Part shown: positions 24,736 through 36,499 of the stretch, piece after piece
How the letters are laid out: every line of letters begins with the position of its first letter
Numbering within the stretch: the first letter of the stretch is position 1
Source of the DNA: Fimicolochytrium jonesii
Lineage: Eukaryota
Reading direction: 5' to 3'
DNA length: 64,000 nt
Assembly: GCF_025526975.1 (NCBI RefSeq)
Contig: NW_026515686.1
Span: 496,001-560,000 of the forward strand
Program-made: the position numbers and the translations under genes
The notes under the pieces: model-generated
Told to the model about the DNA's origin: nothing
Seen by the model: only the letters and a program-made list of their open reading frames with translations
Databases searched by the model: none

Positions 24736-27700
24736 ATGCGGCTACTGGATCTTTGCTGTCCCGTGGGGTAGAAATCGGACTTGGACCGGGGAAGTTGGGG
24801 ATACTGAGTGGATCTGGGTTTTGCGAACATCGGACTCCGCACTAGCTAACTCCCCGAACTGCTCCCTGCATGGGGAAACTGTTGTGAATCTAATCCTCGA
24901 TGACGGTGTACGTCGTTCTTGATATCGTTCATTATTTCTTTCCCAAGAAGAGCAAATGCCACACATCAGATAGCAAATACCGTTCCATCCTTCCCTCGCT
25001 CCCCCCAATGACACTCCATCCTGCTCGCCGCACGGCGCAAGTCCTCTGCAATCCTTGTAAAATTAAACGGAATTGAAAGTCACGTGCGCTCCTACTGTGG
25101 GATTGAGAATCCGACAGCGCGTTCTCCTATGACTAGAGGAAGCTGTCAAAAAGCAAAACTCTCATCCCTTCTGGAACACCTCTCCGCATGTTGCGGGCTC
25201 AGAAACAGGGCCCCACAACCAGCGAATTTTGCACTCACGCAATCGCCACGGCACTTCATTCTGCATATGCAGTCCTTATGCTAAGAGCGACGATACGGTC
25301 GTAATAACGGAGCCGACCGGGAGGGCAGCACCACCGATAGTAATTTATGGTTCGGAAGGACCCCATCTGCAAAACAGGAAGCGTATGCTCCCCACGCCAT
25401 ATTCTCCATTTGATCTCGGACGGCCGATTACCATCACCAACGAGATCGTGTTCCTGCTCTCAGCACTGGTCGTCCGACACAACCTAATCCACCTGAGATA
25501 GAAGCAAGGCGGTGTCGTGGAACCTGGCTCTACGGACGGTTCAACACCGAGGGTTTTACCATCACCGCCTATCGACCATCGGTCGCTATAAACCGGGCCA
25601 CTATTACAGTGGGCACTTCTTCTGATGCGCCCATTGCTAAAGGTGAAACCTGGGTTATCGCCGATATCCACCACAATCCCACCCTGGCAACAAAGAATGT
25701 TCGTCATAATCCTTCGCCGCTGTAGACGCATTTGCATCGTCGGTCCCTAGGACCTGGAGGGCCGCTGCCAATTTCAAGTTGAGACCGGAAGGGATCGGTA
25801 GTCATAACGAACATTGGGCACCATACAAGGAGGACGAAACTTGCTTCGGCAGGGTATCGCCAATCTGGTAATGCCCTGCGTTTCCATGAGGACCGAGCCA
25901 TCAGGGAAGCCACCAACAACAGCGAATGATGGACGACGCGGTAGACGTCCTTCGTGGGCTTTTGTCACGCAAACGGGGCACGGCCTTCCGGACGGAATCG
26001 GGTCTACATTCTCAACCATGTAGATTCGCGAGAGGTTAACCTGTCCAAGAATTCGTGCCTGGAGGTCGATCTCAAAACCGGGATTGTCGCCTGAAACCGG
26101 GATCAGTCTGCTTTGTCTCGCAAACCATATGAGCAGACGAATCAGCGGCCAAGAGAGACGGCACAGCGTATGCAGGAGTTCCTTGCGTTTGGGCGACGTC
26201 GGGGCGCGTGACTATTTAGCGGGTAGGGTCGAAGAAGCGAATCAGCCCCCCATGATATATCTTGTGTCGAAGCTGCATGTAGGTGGACGGGCGAGTAGGC
26301 GAGTTTCATGTGTGCTACGTGGTGCACGTTTCGAATCTCTCTTGCAAAACCACTCACTTTTTTCCCCTCCCCTCGACAGCGTCCACGTGGATCAGCACCC
26401 TCCGCCAATGCGATTCAATGTCAGGAGACCCTTCTAGGGGTGGACGTCTCGGCGCCTGCTGAACTTTCTCGGAAACGATATCACTGAAGAGTTCACGCTG
26501 CGCCGGAAGATCAAAGCCGTGCAATCAAACGATGGCCCGTATTTGCGTCGCCGCGGGCGTTGGAGATCTTGCTCAAATGAGGGTAGATGGGAGACGCACT
26601 TGCTCTGCGCCAATGCTTGACATGCTCCGTGAGGGAGGAGAAAGCTGCACTTGTGTCCGGTCGGAAGATCAATCTGAGCAGTGTGGCGGCGCGGATTTTG
26701 CGTCGCTCACCCAGGACATGGAGAGGGGGCGGACACACCCGGTCCTAGTAATGAGCCGGCGCAGCTTTTGGCCGGGCGATTCAGAGCCAGCGGCACCCAT
26801 GAACCTTCAACAGGAGGACTCAACCGAAGAAGCGGACGCACACATCATCCCGTCCATGCCCTTCGTCACCCAGCCGCCGCCTTCGTCTTTTCCGCCTTAT
26901 CCACATGAATCCTTCTTCGCACCCATCGACCGATACCCGCGATCACCAACATCGCGGCCTGCCCATGTGCAAGATTTGAAAAGGGACGTGGTCTTTCTGT
27001 TTCATCTCTCTCGCTCTTGAAGGTGACGTATGCGAGAGAAGGGCGGACTCAGTCAGCACTGAACGTAGGTCAACAGGGAGACTCGCGAATATAACCGCCA
27101 TTCCCTCTCAAAACTTCACCATAGCAACCGCTCCTTCTTCGCTCTCTATTGGCCTTCGACAACACCTATTCTCTCAACGCCCCACGCACTACTTCACCGT
27201 GTCTCTCCATGCCAAAGACTACCTTCCCTCAACTTCATCACGTACACAAACGAAAGGAGACTGTTCTTAACATGCGCCGCCACCCTGAAGGTGATGCATC
27301 AACCAGGGCAAAGACACTCGACCGCCAGGAACGTCTTCTTGCAGGGATGACGTTCAGTTGTCACCGTCTATCTGGGAGGCTTTTGGCACCCATTGGATGG
27401 ATGTCCACGTCTCGCCGGAGTTTGTCACCGTAATACTTCGGAGGCCTTAGACCCTCTAGGTGGACTTGACCACCAGATGGGAGAACTTTGCAGCACTTGT
27501 TTCGCGGCTTTCATCTTGCGGAATGTTCGTGGGCCTACGATAACATCCACTCCAGCGAACCTGCGCAAATAAGATCTTGAACAACGTCACTTGCACGGAT
27601 CCTACCACGGACGATACTCAATAGCCAAACGGGGGAGTTCCAATGTTCTCAGAGGAGTTAATCTTTCACAGGCTACCGCAAGGGAGTTTAAGATCCCACC

Positions 27701-29060
27701 AACAGGCGCAGGAAGAAAATCTGCAACGGGATCTAGTAGAAGCTCGCGTTTTATGTGTCAAAGCACTCTAGGGAACGCTCGTCAAGCGAGAAAGGAAGGC
27801 AGCCTAATGCTCGAGAAGACAACCAGGGGAGCGCGCTCTGTGGAGAAGTTGATGTCGATCGCCCCGCCGGTCAGCAGCACCCATTAGCATCTCCTATTGC
27901 ATTCACTTCTGGGGATGAGCGCAACAAGCTCTCTTTGCCTGCGTCAAATCGCCAGAAAGAGAGGTCTCGCCTGTGGATCATCGAGGAGTGAAGATCATGG
28001 AGAGCCCTTCTGTCGTTGATGGATAACAGTTGACTGGTATTGGATGATGTTGTTCTGTGCGGAGATCGGAGATCAATGTAGCGGACACTATCAGCTGAAG
28101 CATCAACCAATTCCTCTCTAAAGGAGGAACTTGCTGATGCCTTTGCTGCTGGGTGCGACATCCGCTACATGAAGGCCTTGATATTTCAGACCGCGTGTGC
28201 CTCGCGCATCGACCGCGATTGAGTGTTACCTTGCTGGATATACATCCAGCAAGGACTGTAGCAAGCACTACATATACAGGTAGAGGGATCAGTGAGTCTG
28301 CCACATCAACAAACCCCTGGCCTTACTTGAATGAACAATGCGCCTGCGCATCAATGGTTGAGCGACGCCAGGAATCAATTCTCGCACCTAAACCGGAGCT
28401 GCCCTTGCGAGACGCAAACAAACCGCCAGATGAAGCGAGCGGCAGCACTTCGCAGGACGGGGCCCATGCTAAACCCGGTTTTAGTGGAAGAAACAACTGG
28501 ATCTGGACATGGTCTCCTCAAGCCACATGCAAGAGCATGGATGCTTTGACGGGTTCGCTGAGCCTCGCTGTGCATCATCGATACGAGACAGAGATATTTC
28601 ATACCGCGGGTCTCGGAAGGATTCCAAGACATCCCTCTTGATGGTGAGTGTCATGCCGTACATGCCTGCACATCTCCATTTCGTCGTTCAACATAGCTCA
28701 CCATCAATCCCTTGCATTGACAGCATGTCATCACGTGGTTTACTGTACAACGGACATAGTGAGATTTCCACGCGGTCCTGATGTTCATGAAAGACCACAC
28801 GTTTGCTGCGGGAGGTCTTGAGGAGACTACTCGTAGATTCTCAGGCCCGTGCGCTGAAGTGACCCCGCCCGCCCGTTTGAAAGAGACGCGTAGGGGTTCA
28901 ACGATTAAGGGTCGCGCACGGTGGCAGTGCATTTACTAATTACCACTGTCGACACCCACTCGAACTTGTTCCTCACATATATACATCAACCCATATACAA
29001 GGTAATAGTCAGACCCGGCTGCCTACTGAGATCTGTGTTCCTCATAGCCCGTTAGCTGAA

Positions 29061-29746
29061 CTCTGCGGTATCCACCATCTTTCAAATCCCGCGCAGCAGA
29101 AGCGACAATGACAACAGGAGCACAGAAACAAGCGAGGCGAGCACGCCTATGCAAAAAGATGCGGAGGACGATCGCCGGCCGGGCCGCGGTGAAGTCCTTA
29201 CAACGCGAGCTCGAAAAACAACGAGCCAGATCCAAGCAAGCTTTGGAGCGGCACGTAGCACGCACCGCAGCTAGCACCACCACCACCCCGTTCCACATAG
29301 CCCCGTGCTCTGACGGTATCCACCATCTTTCAATACCGCGCAGTAGAACCAATACAATGACAACTACCGCTCAAAGAAAAGCGAAGAGAGAACGAATGTT
29401 CAAGAAAACGAAAGTCAGAACCGCGCTGCCGTTTTTGCGACGGAAGCTGCAGAAGGAACGAACGGCGTCAAAGCTAGCTTGGGAGCAACACCAAGCAGGC
29501 ATCCCAACCGCAAACGCCACCACCACCACCACCACCACCACCAACCCCACCACAACCACTGCCACTTCCACGACTGGCGAGGGAGCTCCCCGTACGCCCA
29601 CATCCTGTCATAAGCACCTCAGCCGACTTGCGTCAATATTGAAGGATAGAAGGAGTCAGCGACGCAACTACCAATATCCACATCCCCCAATCATGATTCA
29701 CATCCACACCACTCAAACAATCATGGGCAAGAAAGGCCGGCGCTAA
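29061..29746 (+). CDS. Tandemly duplicated short Arg/Lys-rich ORF modules (MTTGAQKQARRARL... / MTTTAQRKAKRERM...) with poly-Thr tails
   Basis: Leader ctctg(a)cggtatccaccatctttcaa...cgcgcag.aga...acaATGACAAC repeated at 29061 and 29308; both modules lie in one frame, 29108-29746. Confidence 0.5.
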
Positions 29747-29758
29747 AGTCCGAGGCAG

Positions 29759-30866
29759 GGTCAAAGTATTCCGATGCCGCCCTGTCCACCGAGTCCCAAG
29801 CCGCCAACAGAGACGGCCGCGTCGCTGCCAAGAAAGAGAGGATCTCGAAAGACGGAACCGCGATCTAGAGGAACAACTCACGGCAATGACGGTAGAACTC
29901 CGAGCCCTCCAAGCCGCCGCCGGACCCTCAGCCTCCTTCTCCTCCTCCCAAGCCGCCAACAGAGACGGTCGCGTCGCGAAGAGGGACTTGAGCAAGCGCC
30001 AAGTTCTACGTGCGGCGGAGCAGGCGCGCAATATTTGGACGTGTAGTACCTCATCTCTTGCGCGGCTCCGAGCAGCTGGAGTATCAGCACCTCATCCTCA
30101 CAAAGAGGGGCTTTACATGTTGCCGTCTACGGCCGAGCTGTGCACGCCTGAAAGCAAGAAGCCATGATGCCTTCTCTGGCTCAGTTTGGATCATTATCTG
30201 CAGGATACGTTCATTCAACTCCTCGAAGCGGGAGAGCGGCAGGTGGCGCATTGGGAACGAAGCTCGTGCCAAGTCATGTGGGATTGCCGATGAACTGGCG
30301 AGTTGCAAACGAGAATCCGACCACGGATCCCAATAGCAAGTCATCCGCCTCCAACCAACACCCTCGCAACCTGACCAGCGCGAACAAGGAAAGGAAGAAC
30401 ATCATAAAGAACCAGCGTACAAGCGAGAATGTACGCCGGTTGCCGGCATGTTCGCATTGATAGTGCAGTGAGTGCTCTACATGAGTGGAAATCGTGTTTC
30501 GAGGTGTCCTTCCGCCCACCCCTCGCCAACCTTTGTCTCTCATCCTTCGTCTGGACCACGAACCAACATCCTCCCCACCATCGTCACCACCCATCTCCAC
30601 CCACCACACACCCACCACAATGGCCAAGTCGAACGCAAGCTTCAAATTCTCGGCTGCGGGCTTGTCGGCTGACGCCCAAGCCGCCAATCGCGACGGCCGC
30701 GTCGTACGGAATGACTTGTCGAGGCGGCAAGTCCTCCGGCGGTCCGTCCGCCTCGTCGTCGTCGTCGTCGTCGGCGTTCTCGTCCTCCTCCGACGCCGGG
30801 TCCAAGTACTCGGATGCCGCCTTGTTGACGGACTCCCAAGCCGCCAATCAAGACGGCCGCGTCGCA
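29759..30866 (+). repeat. Four copies of a module encoding (S/A)QAAN(R/Q)DGRV within degenerate orphan genes
   Basis: cccaagccgccaa...gacgg.cgcgtcg at ~29794, 29946, 30674 and 30834. Confidence 0.85.
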
Positions 30867-31125
30867 CACATCACAACATAGGCCGAACAACTGAACCCGA
30901 AAACCTCATAACCGCATGGGATACTGGTGGAGATGGACGGGCACATCTTGTCATAAGCACCTCAGCATCGAGCACTGCCACAACCACAACCACAACCACA
31001 ACCACAATCACCAGCCCCACAACCATTCCACATCATAGCTGCTCTACCGCCCTGTAGCCGCATCATAGCATGCACCACCTACGATGTACTGTACATACAT
31101 GCGATTCCTTTTCTATTACATGATA

Positions 31126-31300
31126 CAGTAGGATGCCATCGGGGAGGTTACGCGGTCAATAAATCTTTGTGGCCAGCAGAAGTCACCGGCCTGCTGCGAA
31201 CGTCACCGTGGTTGACTGGGGGCCGGCCAGCCGCGACTAGTAGCCCAAACGCCGTCAATTTCGACGCGCCCGTCGTAACCTCCCCAACGGCATCCTACTG
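31126..31300. mobile_element. 175-bp MITE, Tc1/mariner type
   Basis: 27-bp terminal inverted repeats CAGTAGGATGCC(A/G)T(C/T)GGGGAGGTTACG (2 mismatches), CAGT...ACTG ends, TA on both flanks (31124-31125 and 31301-31302), no coding capacity. Confidence 0.9.
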
Positions 31301-31529
31301 TATGTTGTAGGAAAGGAAGCAAATTCCACAGGAGCGGGGGAGCGTTGGAGCTACACCAGCCCATCCGAACGAAAGCACAAGTCTCAACTCATCTTAAGCT
31401 GCATGTATGCTGCCTCTATGCTACACTGTTTGCGACGAGCCGATGGTCGCGGGAACTAGGCGTGTCATACCGAGAGATGGCGTTCTTCCATGATACCTTT
31501 AGAGCCCAAACGCAATGGGACCTGAAACG

Positions 31530-32429
31530 TTACTGGGCCGCGCCGCAAATGGTGGTAAACGAAAAATGGTCGACACTGCACATACAGTATGCCGTGAGGC
31601 CGTGGAGTTGATTCCGCCCTGACGTTGAAAGTTGAATTGGACGTTCGCATGCTTGCAGCACCATTATGAGCCGATGCAGGCTGGAGAGGCAGGTAGAAGG
31701 TAACTTCGAGGAGACAACCATAGAGACCACCGTAGGAGTCCTCGATACGGGCAGTGTACTTCGGGTGGAGGACCGTTGGCTTGAATATTGCTCTCGGCGT
31801 CCTCGTGGAGGGTGTGTGCGGGAGTGGAAGGAGGGGGATACACAGCGCCCAACCAACCCTCCTGAAGGAGGAGGAGGAGGAGGAGGCGGCGGCAGACGAT
31901 GATTTGGGGTCGCGACAAGTGAGGTTCTCCTTGTTCTTGTCGATCGCAGCGGCAGCGGCGGCTTTGAGGACTCGGATTTCTTCCCTCGTTGCGGCGAGTT
32001 AGCCGCGGAGGGTACGGTTCTCCCTGTCCACCTGACGGGTATTCCTTTTCCGGTTCTGGAGGGCGGGCGAGTCCTCGGCGGCTGTTCATTTCGACCCAGC
32101 GTCGCGGGACGGCTTGGTGTATTTGCGCTTGGTCGTTGTGGTGGGTGGAGACGGTGGGTAGAGACGGTGGGTGAAGATGTTGCAGAGCTTGTACTTGCAA
32201 AGCGGCTCCCCCGAAGCGAAGAAGAGGAGGAGGAGGGTCCGTGGGCAGACGGTGAGTTGGGGTCGCGACCAGTGCGGTTCTCCTTGTTCCTTTCGATCGC
32301 AGCGGCATCGATCCTCGTTGTTGGCTCCATATTGACGTCCACCGATGGAGTGGGACAGGGCGCACCGTCACTGGGCTCTGATCTGTCAGCCGATGAGTAT
32401 AGTTGCGCCAAGAAAGATTCCCTAGCCAT
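31530..32429 (-). CDS. Orphan Ser/Pro/Arg-rich ORF with an internal duplicated AAAI(E/D)xNKENxTxRDPxS module; second copy out of frame (possible pseudogene)
   Basis: ATG at 32429 in a caaaacaacATG context; repeat copies at ~32220-32310 and ~31870-31960. Confidence 0.4.
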   Translation of the reverse strand: MARESFLAQLYSSADRSEPSDGAPCPTPSVDVNMEPTTRIDAAAIERNKENRTGRDPNSPSAHGPSSSSSSLRGSRFASTSSATSSPTVSTHRLHPPQRPSANTPSRPATLGRNEQPPRTRPPSRTGKGIPVRWTGRTVPSAANSPQRGKKSESSKPPLPLRSTRTRRTSLVATPNHRLPPPPPPPPPSGGLVGRCVSPSFHSRTHPPRGRREQYSSQRSSTRSTLPVSRTPTVVSMVVSSKLPSTCLSSLHRLIMVLQACERPIQLSTSGRNQLHGLTAYCMCSVDHFSFTTICGAAQ

Positions 32430-32957
32430 GTTGTTTTGGTGGTGCGTCGATAGGCACGGTCCTTCGGATTGAGGGAGGAAGCATTTCTGTCAATGTACTA
32501 CTGTACGCTCTTTCGGAGATGACAGGCGGTTTCGCTTGTCGACCATGGCTGAACCTTCTCAGCGGGCGGTATGCGATCACCAAGGCAGCATTATCGACGA
32601 AAGAATCAGCGAGCGAGGGATTTGCAGGAACATCGATGGGATGTCTTGTCGTGTCTTGGGGATCTGTGGAGAGAGTTGCCGAACAAACGCAGCTTTTCTG
32701 ACATCATGGAGATAGATGAATATAAATCTGGCAGGCTGCCACGTGACTCAGCAAAACTCTCCCTCGAATATGCGTCAAGTGATATGTGCGATGCGGTTGG
32801 TTTCCGTTCTTTTTGCATTCAAATGAATGTTACATATGTACAAAGGGAGACGACCAGATACGACGACGCAAGGACGATAGAAGGAAGGATATATAGAGGT
32901 CCAACTAGGATGAAGTACCATCTGTCTACAGCACGTTGATTTAGGGCCACATGTCCA

Positions 32958-33466
32958 TCACACTTTGACAACAGGTCCCGAAAACGACGCAATGGAGTCG
33001 TTTCCATTGGTGAGATCGACAGCCATGACAGTGGGCTCTGGCTTTGGAGCCGCGACGAGCGGAGCCGGAGCGACGACAGTGTCGACGAGTAGCTGGTTGG
33101 ATGCAATGGAGTCATTGCCCTTAGTTGCGGCGACGGGTATGACTGCGGTTTCAGTTGCAGCTGGAGGGCGCGAGATTGCAGTACTGCTCGGAGTGACTTC
33201 GACACCTGCTGGTGGAGATAATGAGAGATTCATCGAAAGGTCAGCAGATTAGCTTGCAGTCTCAAGATTCGAGCACAAAACGTTTTGAGCGATCACACAT
33301 CGTCTCAACGGCGGACTATACCTGAGATATTGACGAGCGTCCCGGGAGGAAGAACAGGCGCGGCATAAACTGACGGGGCAAAGGTCAGCAAGACCAACAC
33401 CCAAGCGATCGATGCAAGGAGAGCCCAGGCCCGGAAGCATTGTAGAATCGTGGGAAAGTTCGCCAT
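32958..33466 (-). CDS. Small secreted Pro/Ala/Val/Thr-rich protein, two exons (intron ~33206/33209-33321)
   Basis: TATA (tataaaa) ~200 nt upstream; signal peptide MANFP...LLASIAWVLVLLTFAPSVYA; GTATAG donor (also used in the SMARCAL1 gene) and CAGCAG acceptor keep the frame; two GNDSIAS repeats. Confidence 0.65.
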
Positions 33467-35883
33467 GCTTGTCGTTTTTGAGGTCACGGCGGAGAGTATA
33501 TTTGCTGAGAAAGGCTGGGCGCTCGGAGATGTATGAGGGGTCGTCCGTTGATCAACGTGTTGCTTTATGAGAGGCAGAGGAAAGTGGTTCTGGAGATGTC
33601 TATCGTTGAAGACGGTAAGCGACGAACTTGGTTGGAAAAGTTTGAAGGTCCTGCTGCGATGCTCAGCGGTTTTATATGCGCAAGGTGAAATGAAAATCAG
33701 GGCTTTTTTCGCTGCCCGGTATATGGCCTTGGATGGAATGTTCCTGCCATCTTGATTTTGACGACGAAGCATGTGAGAGCAGCTATAACTCGGATACTTC
33801 CCCCATTAATGATGCTATTATCCATCCACTCAATGCGGTCGTGGTCGTATATATGCAGACTGCGGCACGCGTTCGCTTGCAAAGGGGCTGCGGGGGAAAA
33901 CAAGTGTTAGATTACCGGGAGCATTGACAGCAATTCGACAGCGCGCATTCAAATGTCCGCCCAATGACGGATTGGACGAGACAAAACAAAAGCGTACATG
34001 TGGATGGACAATACCTCAGGGAGTTCATGAGCGCAAGGACCATACACCAACTGATTCTGCTCACAATAACCGGCGGAATCTCGCTGGCGCGTGTACTGAG
34101 CAATCCGACTTGCGCAAGGCTTTCGGGAAATGCAGCGCCACCCACGCTGTGCCCGGAGTGTGTCCAATTTTGTTGTTTTGCTAACGGGACGGCAGGGTGA
34201 ATTGATTCCAACGACACGCAAGAGCCACCCTATCTGGAGCCTGCAGACTTCAACGTATCGGAAGATACGCCAGATCCATGGAATCCAATATGTGGCGGTA
34301 GACGCAGCCGATCATCTTGCTACACGGCCCCGGTTGATTTCACCACAGGGTATCATTCTTCTAGGAAGGCAAACTTCTGAGACCTTCTCCGTCTATTTGA
34401 GCTTCCCTCTGATTATGTTGGCCATCACGATGTTGGATCCCGCAAACCGAGCTCAGATCACTCAAATGCCCAAAATGTCGCTCTTTCATCCCGGCGCCCG
34501 ATCTTTCATGCTCAGCGCTGGTTGCCGTAGTGGAATGGACTGCTATATTAATAGACACCACACTGACCTCATTGATACGCTATCCCAGTCCGAGAGATGA
34601 CCGGCAAGCATTCAAAAGCAGGCAGATGCTGTAAACACGTTGTCGCTCGAAGGCCCTGAATCGTCGTTGCAAACGAGAACGCCAACCACACGAAAGAGCG
34701 ACCGGGGCTGCGTAGGGTTAGAAAGCGGGTACTTCGAACGCGAAGTGAGCAGGATTCATGCCCCCCCCCCCCCATGCCCCATTCAGCAGCAGCAGCAGCA
34801 TCTCACTTAAACCGACGTCGCCGTTGCATTCCGAGGGACTTCCGCGAAGCTTCCAAGACCGTAGAGATGCTGCCGGCGCGAATTCCCAACACCCCTACGC
34901 CTCCCACAAAACACCAAAGGCGACGAGAGAAACAAGGCAAGGCGTTGCGGTAGGCAGGGGATATAGAAGTATATTGGGTAAAGAAGAAGAAGAAAAAGTA
35001 AAGCCGGCGCAGACTTCGCGCGCCTACTCCAAGTAGAAAAACTCAACAACAAATCATATACAGTACATGACTGGGGATATAAACTAGCTACTGAGTTAGG
35101 GTTATGATTGGGTTACTGTTGGGAGTTAGGGTTACGGCTAAGGTCCGGGAAAGGGGCAGCGTCTGCCGAGGGCCATATTGTAACTGTAGAGGGAGGACTC
35201 GACCGGGACCACTCCTATACACCGCAACATCCGTTGCCACGCCTGCTCCTGCTTCACCCAGCCTTCAGTCCGCTCAACCTACGGCCGCTCAACCCGCCGC
35301 CAGCCGCACCACATAGCTCATCAACCAGCCGAAGCAGGGAAAGGTGCAGAAGAAGGATGACACTAAGACATGTCTAGGTGTTCACCCTCAAAGGCGTGCG
35401 AGATCCTCACATGAAGCTGCGACGTCCACCGTTTGAGATGGGAACTCGTAATCGGCGAGCGGCTACGTTTTCATGGCGCGTTTGCGCAACACTCATGACG
35501 CTGGCAAAAGGGTTCGGACTTTGGAGCGGGGTCAACGTTTCGGCGGACCCAGCGAACAAACCCAACACGGAATGAAGGAGATGTGGTGGTGCCGAAATGC
35601 TGCGATCGGAAACGCCATCATGTTACGGATGATGTTGGCCGCTGTGTCTTTTGCAAAAGATGCGGTACACCATGCATATCTGGCTGCACTTACCGCACAA
35701 CTATATCGCTCCGCACCCTGGGTATACCGAGTGTTTGCATATTCTGCCATACGCATTGCGGCTCAGATTGAGAGAAAGTAGAGATACCGAAAGTATCTCG
35801 GAATCATATGTAGATGTATGTATACATTATGTCAACATCAAAAGGCTAGGACAGATAATAACCATCGCAATGTGTTCTTGAAA

Positions 35884-36050
35884 CTGGACCATTGGTTGCC
35901 CCCGGCCAAATCAGAGCCGAGTACTCACAGGCGTCGCCGCGGGAAGGCTGTACAGTAAGGGTTCCCGTCTACAAAAACAAAGAACAACATTGAGCACAAC
36001 AACCGAGCACGAGGAGATATACCACGAGGTTCGATCTTGAGGCGCTAGCC
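35884..36050 (-). repeat. Second copy of the 21961-22120 dispersed repeat
   Basis: Co-linear identity blocks with 21961-22120. Confidence 0.85.
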
Positions 36051-36499
36051 ACTTAACGACAATGACAATACTGCGATGATCGTCCTTGATGGGCGCTTTG
36101 CACCTGCGAGACAGAATGAGAAGTAATGAGCCCAACCAAACAACGCAGTCGAGGGCAGAAGCACGTACCAGTAAACTCAAGACAACCTGTCTTTGAGGAA
36201 CACTCCAATCCTAACCCCAAGAGCCACTTATCGACGAAGGACACTGAGTCCTAGATACCAAGAACAGGACAGGGTTGTGACGTTTCGCTGGAGAATCGCA
36301 GGTAACTTGTTTGCCGACTTCTCTCCTCACCTTGGTCGGGGATGGGGAGCCCTCGGAAGTCAGGACTGCATGAGCACGCAGACGCGTGAATAAGACCACA
36401 TTTTTTCATCAAAATGCATCTGCTAAACCCCAATGATTAGGCTGGCAGGTGAGGACAAGGCGTCAGTTCCAACTTGGGGATTGGCATCTCACCGGGGGT

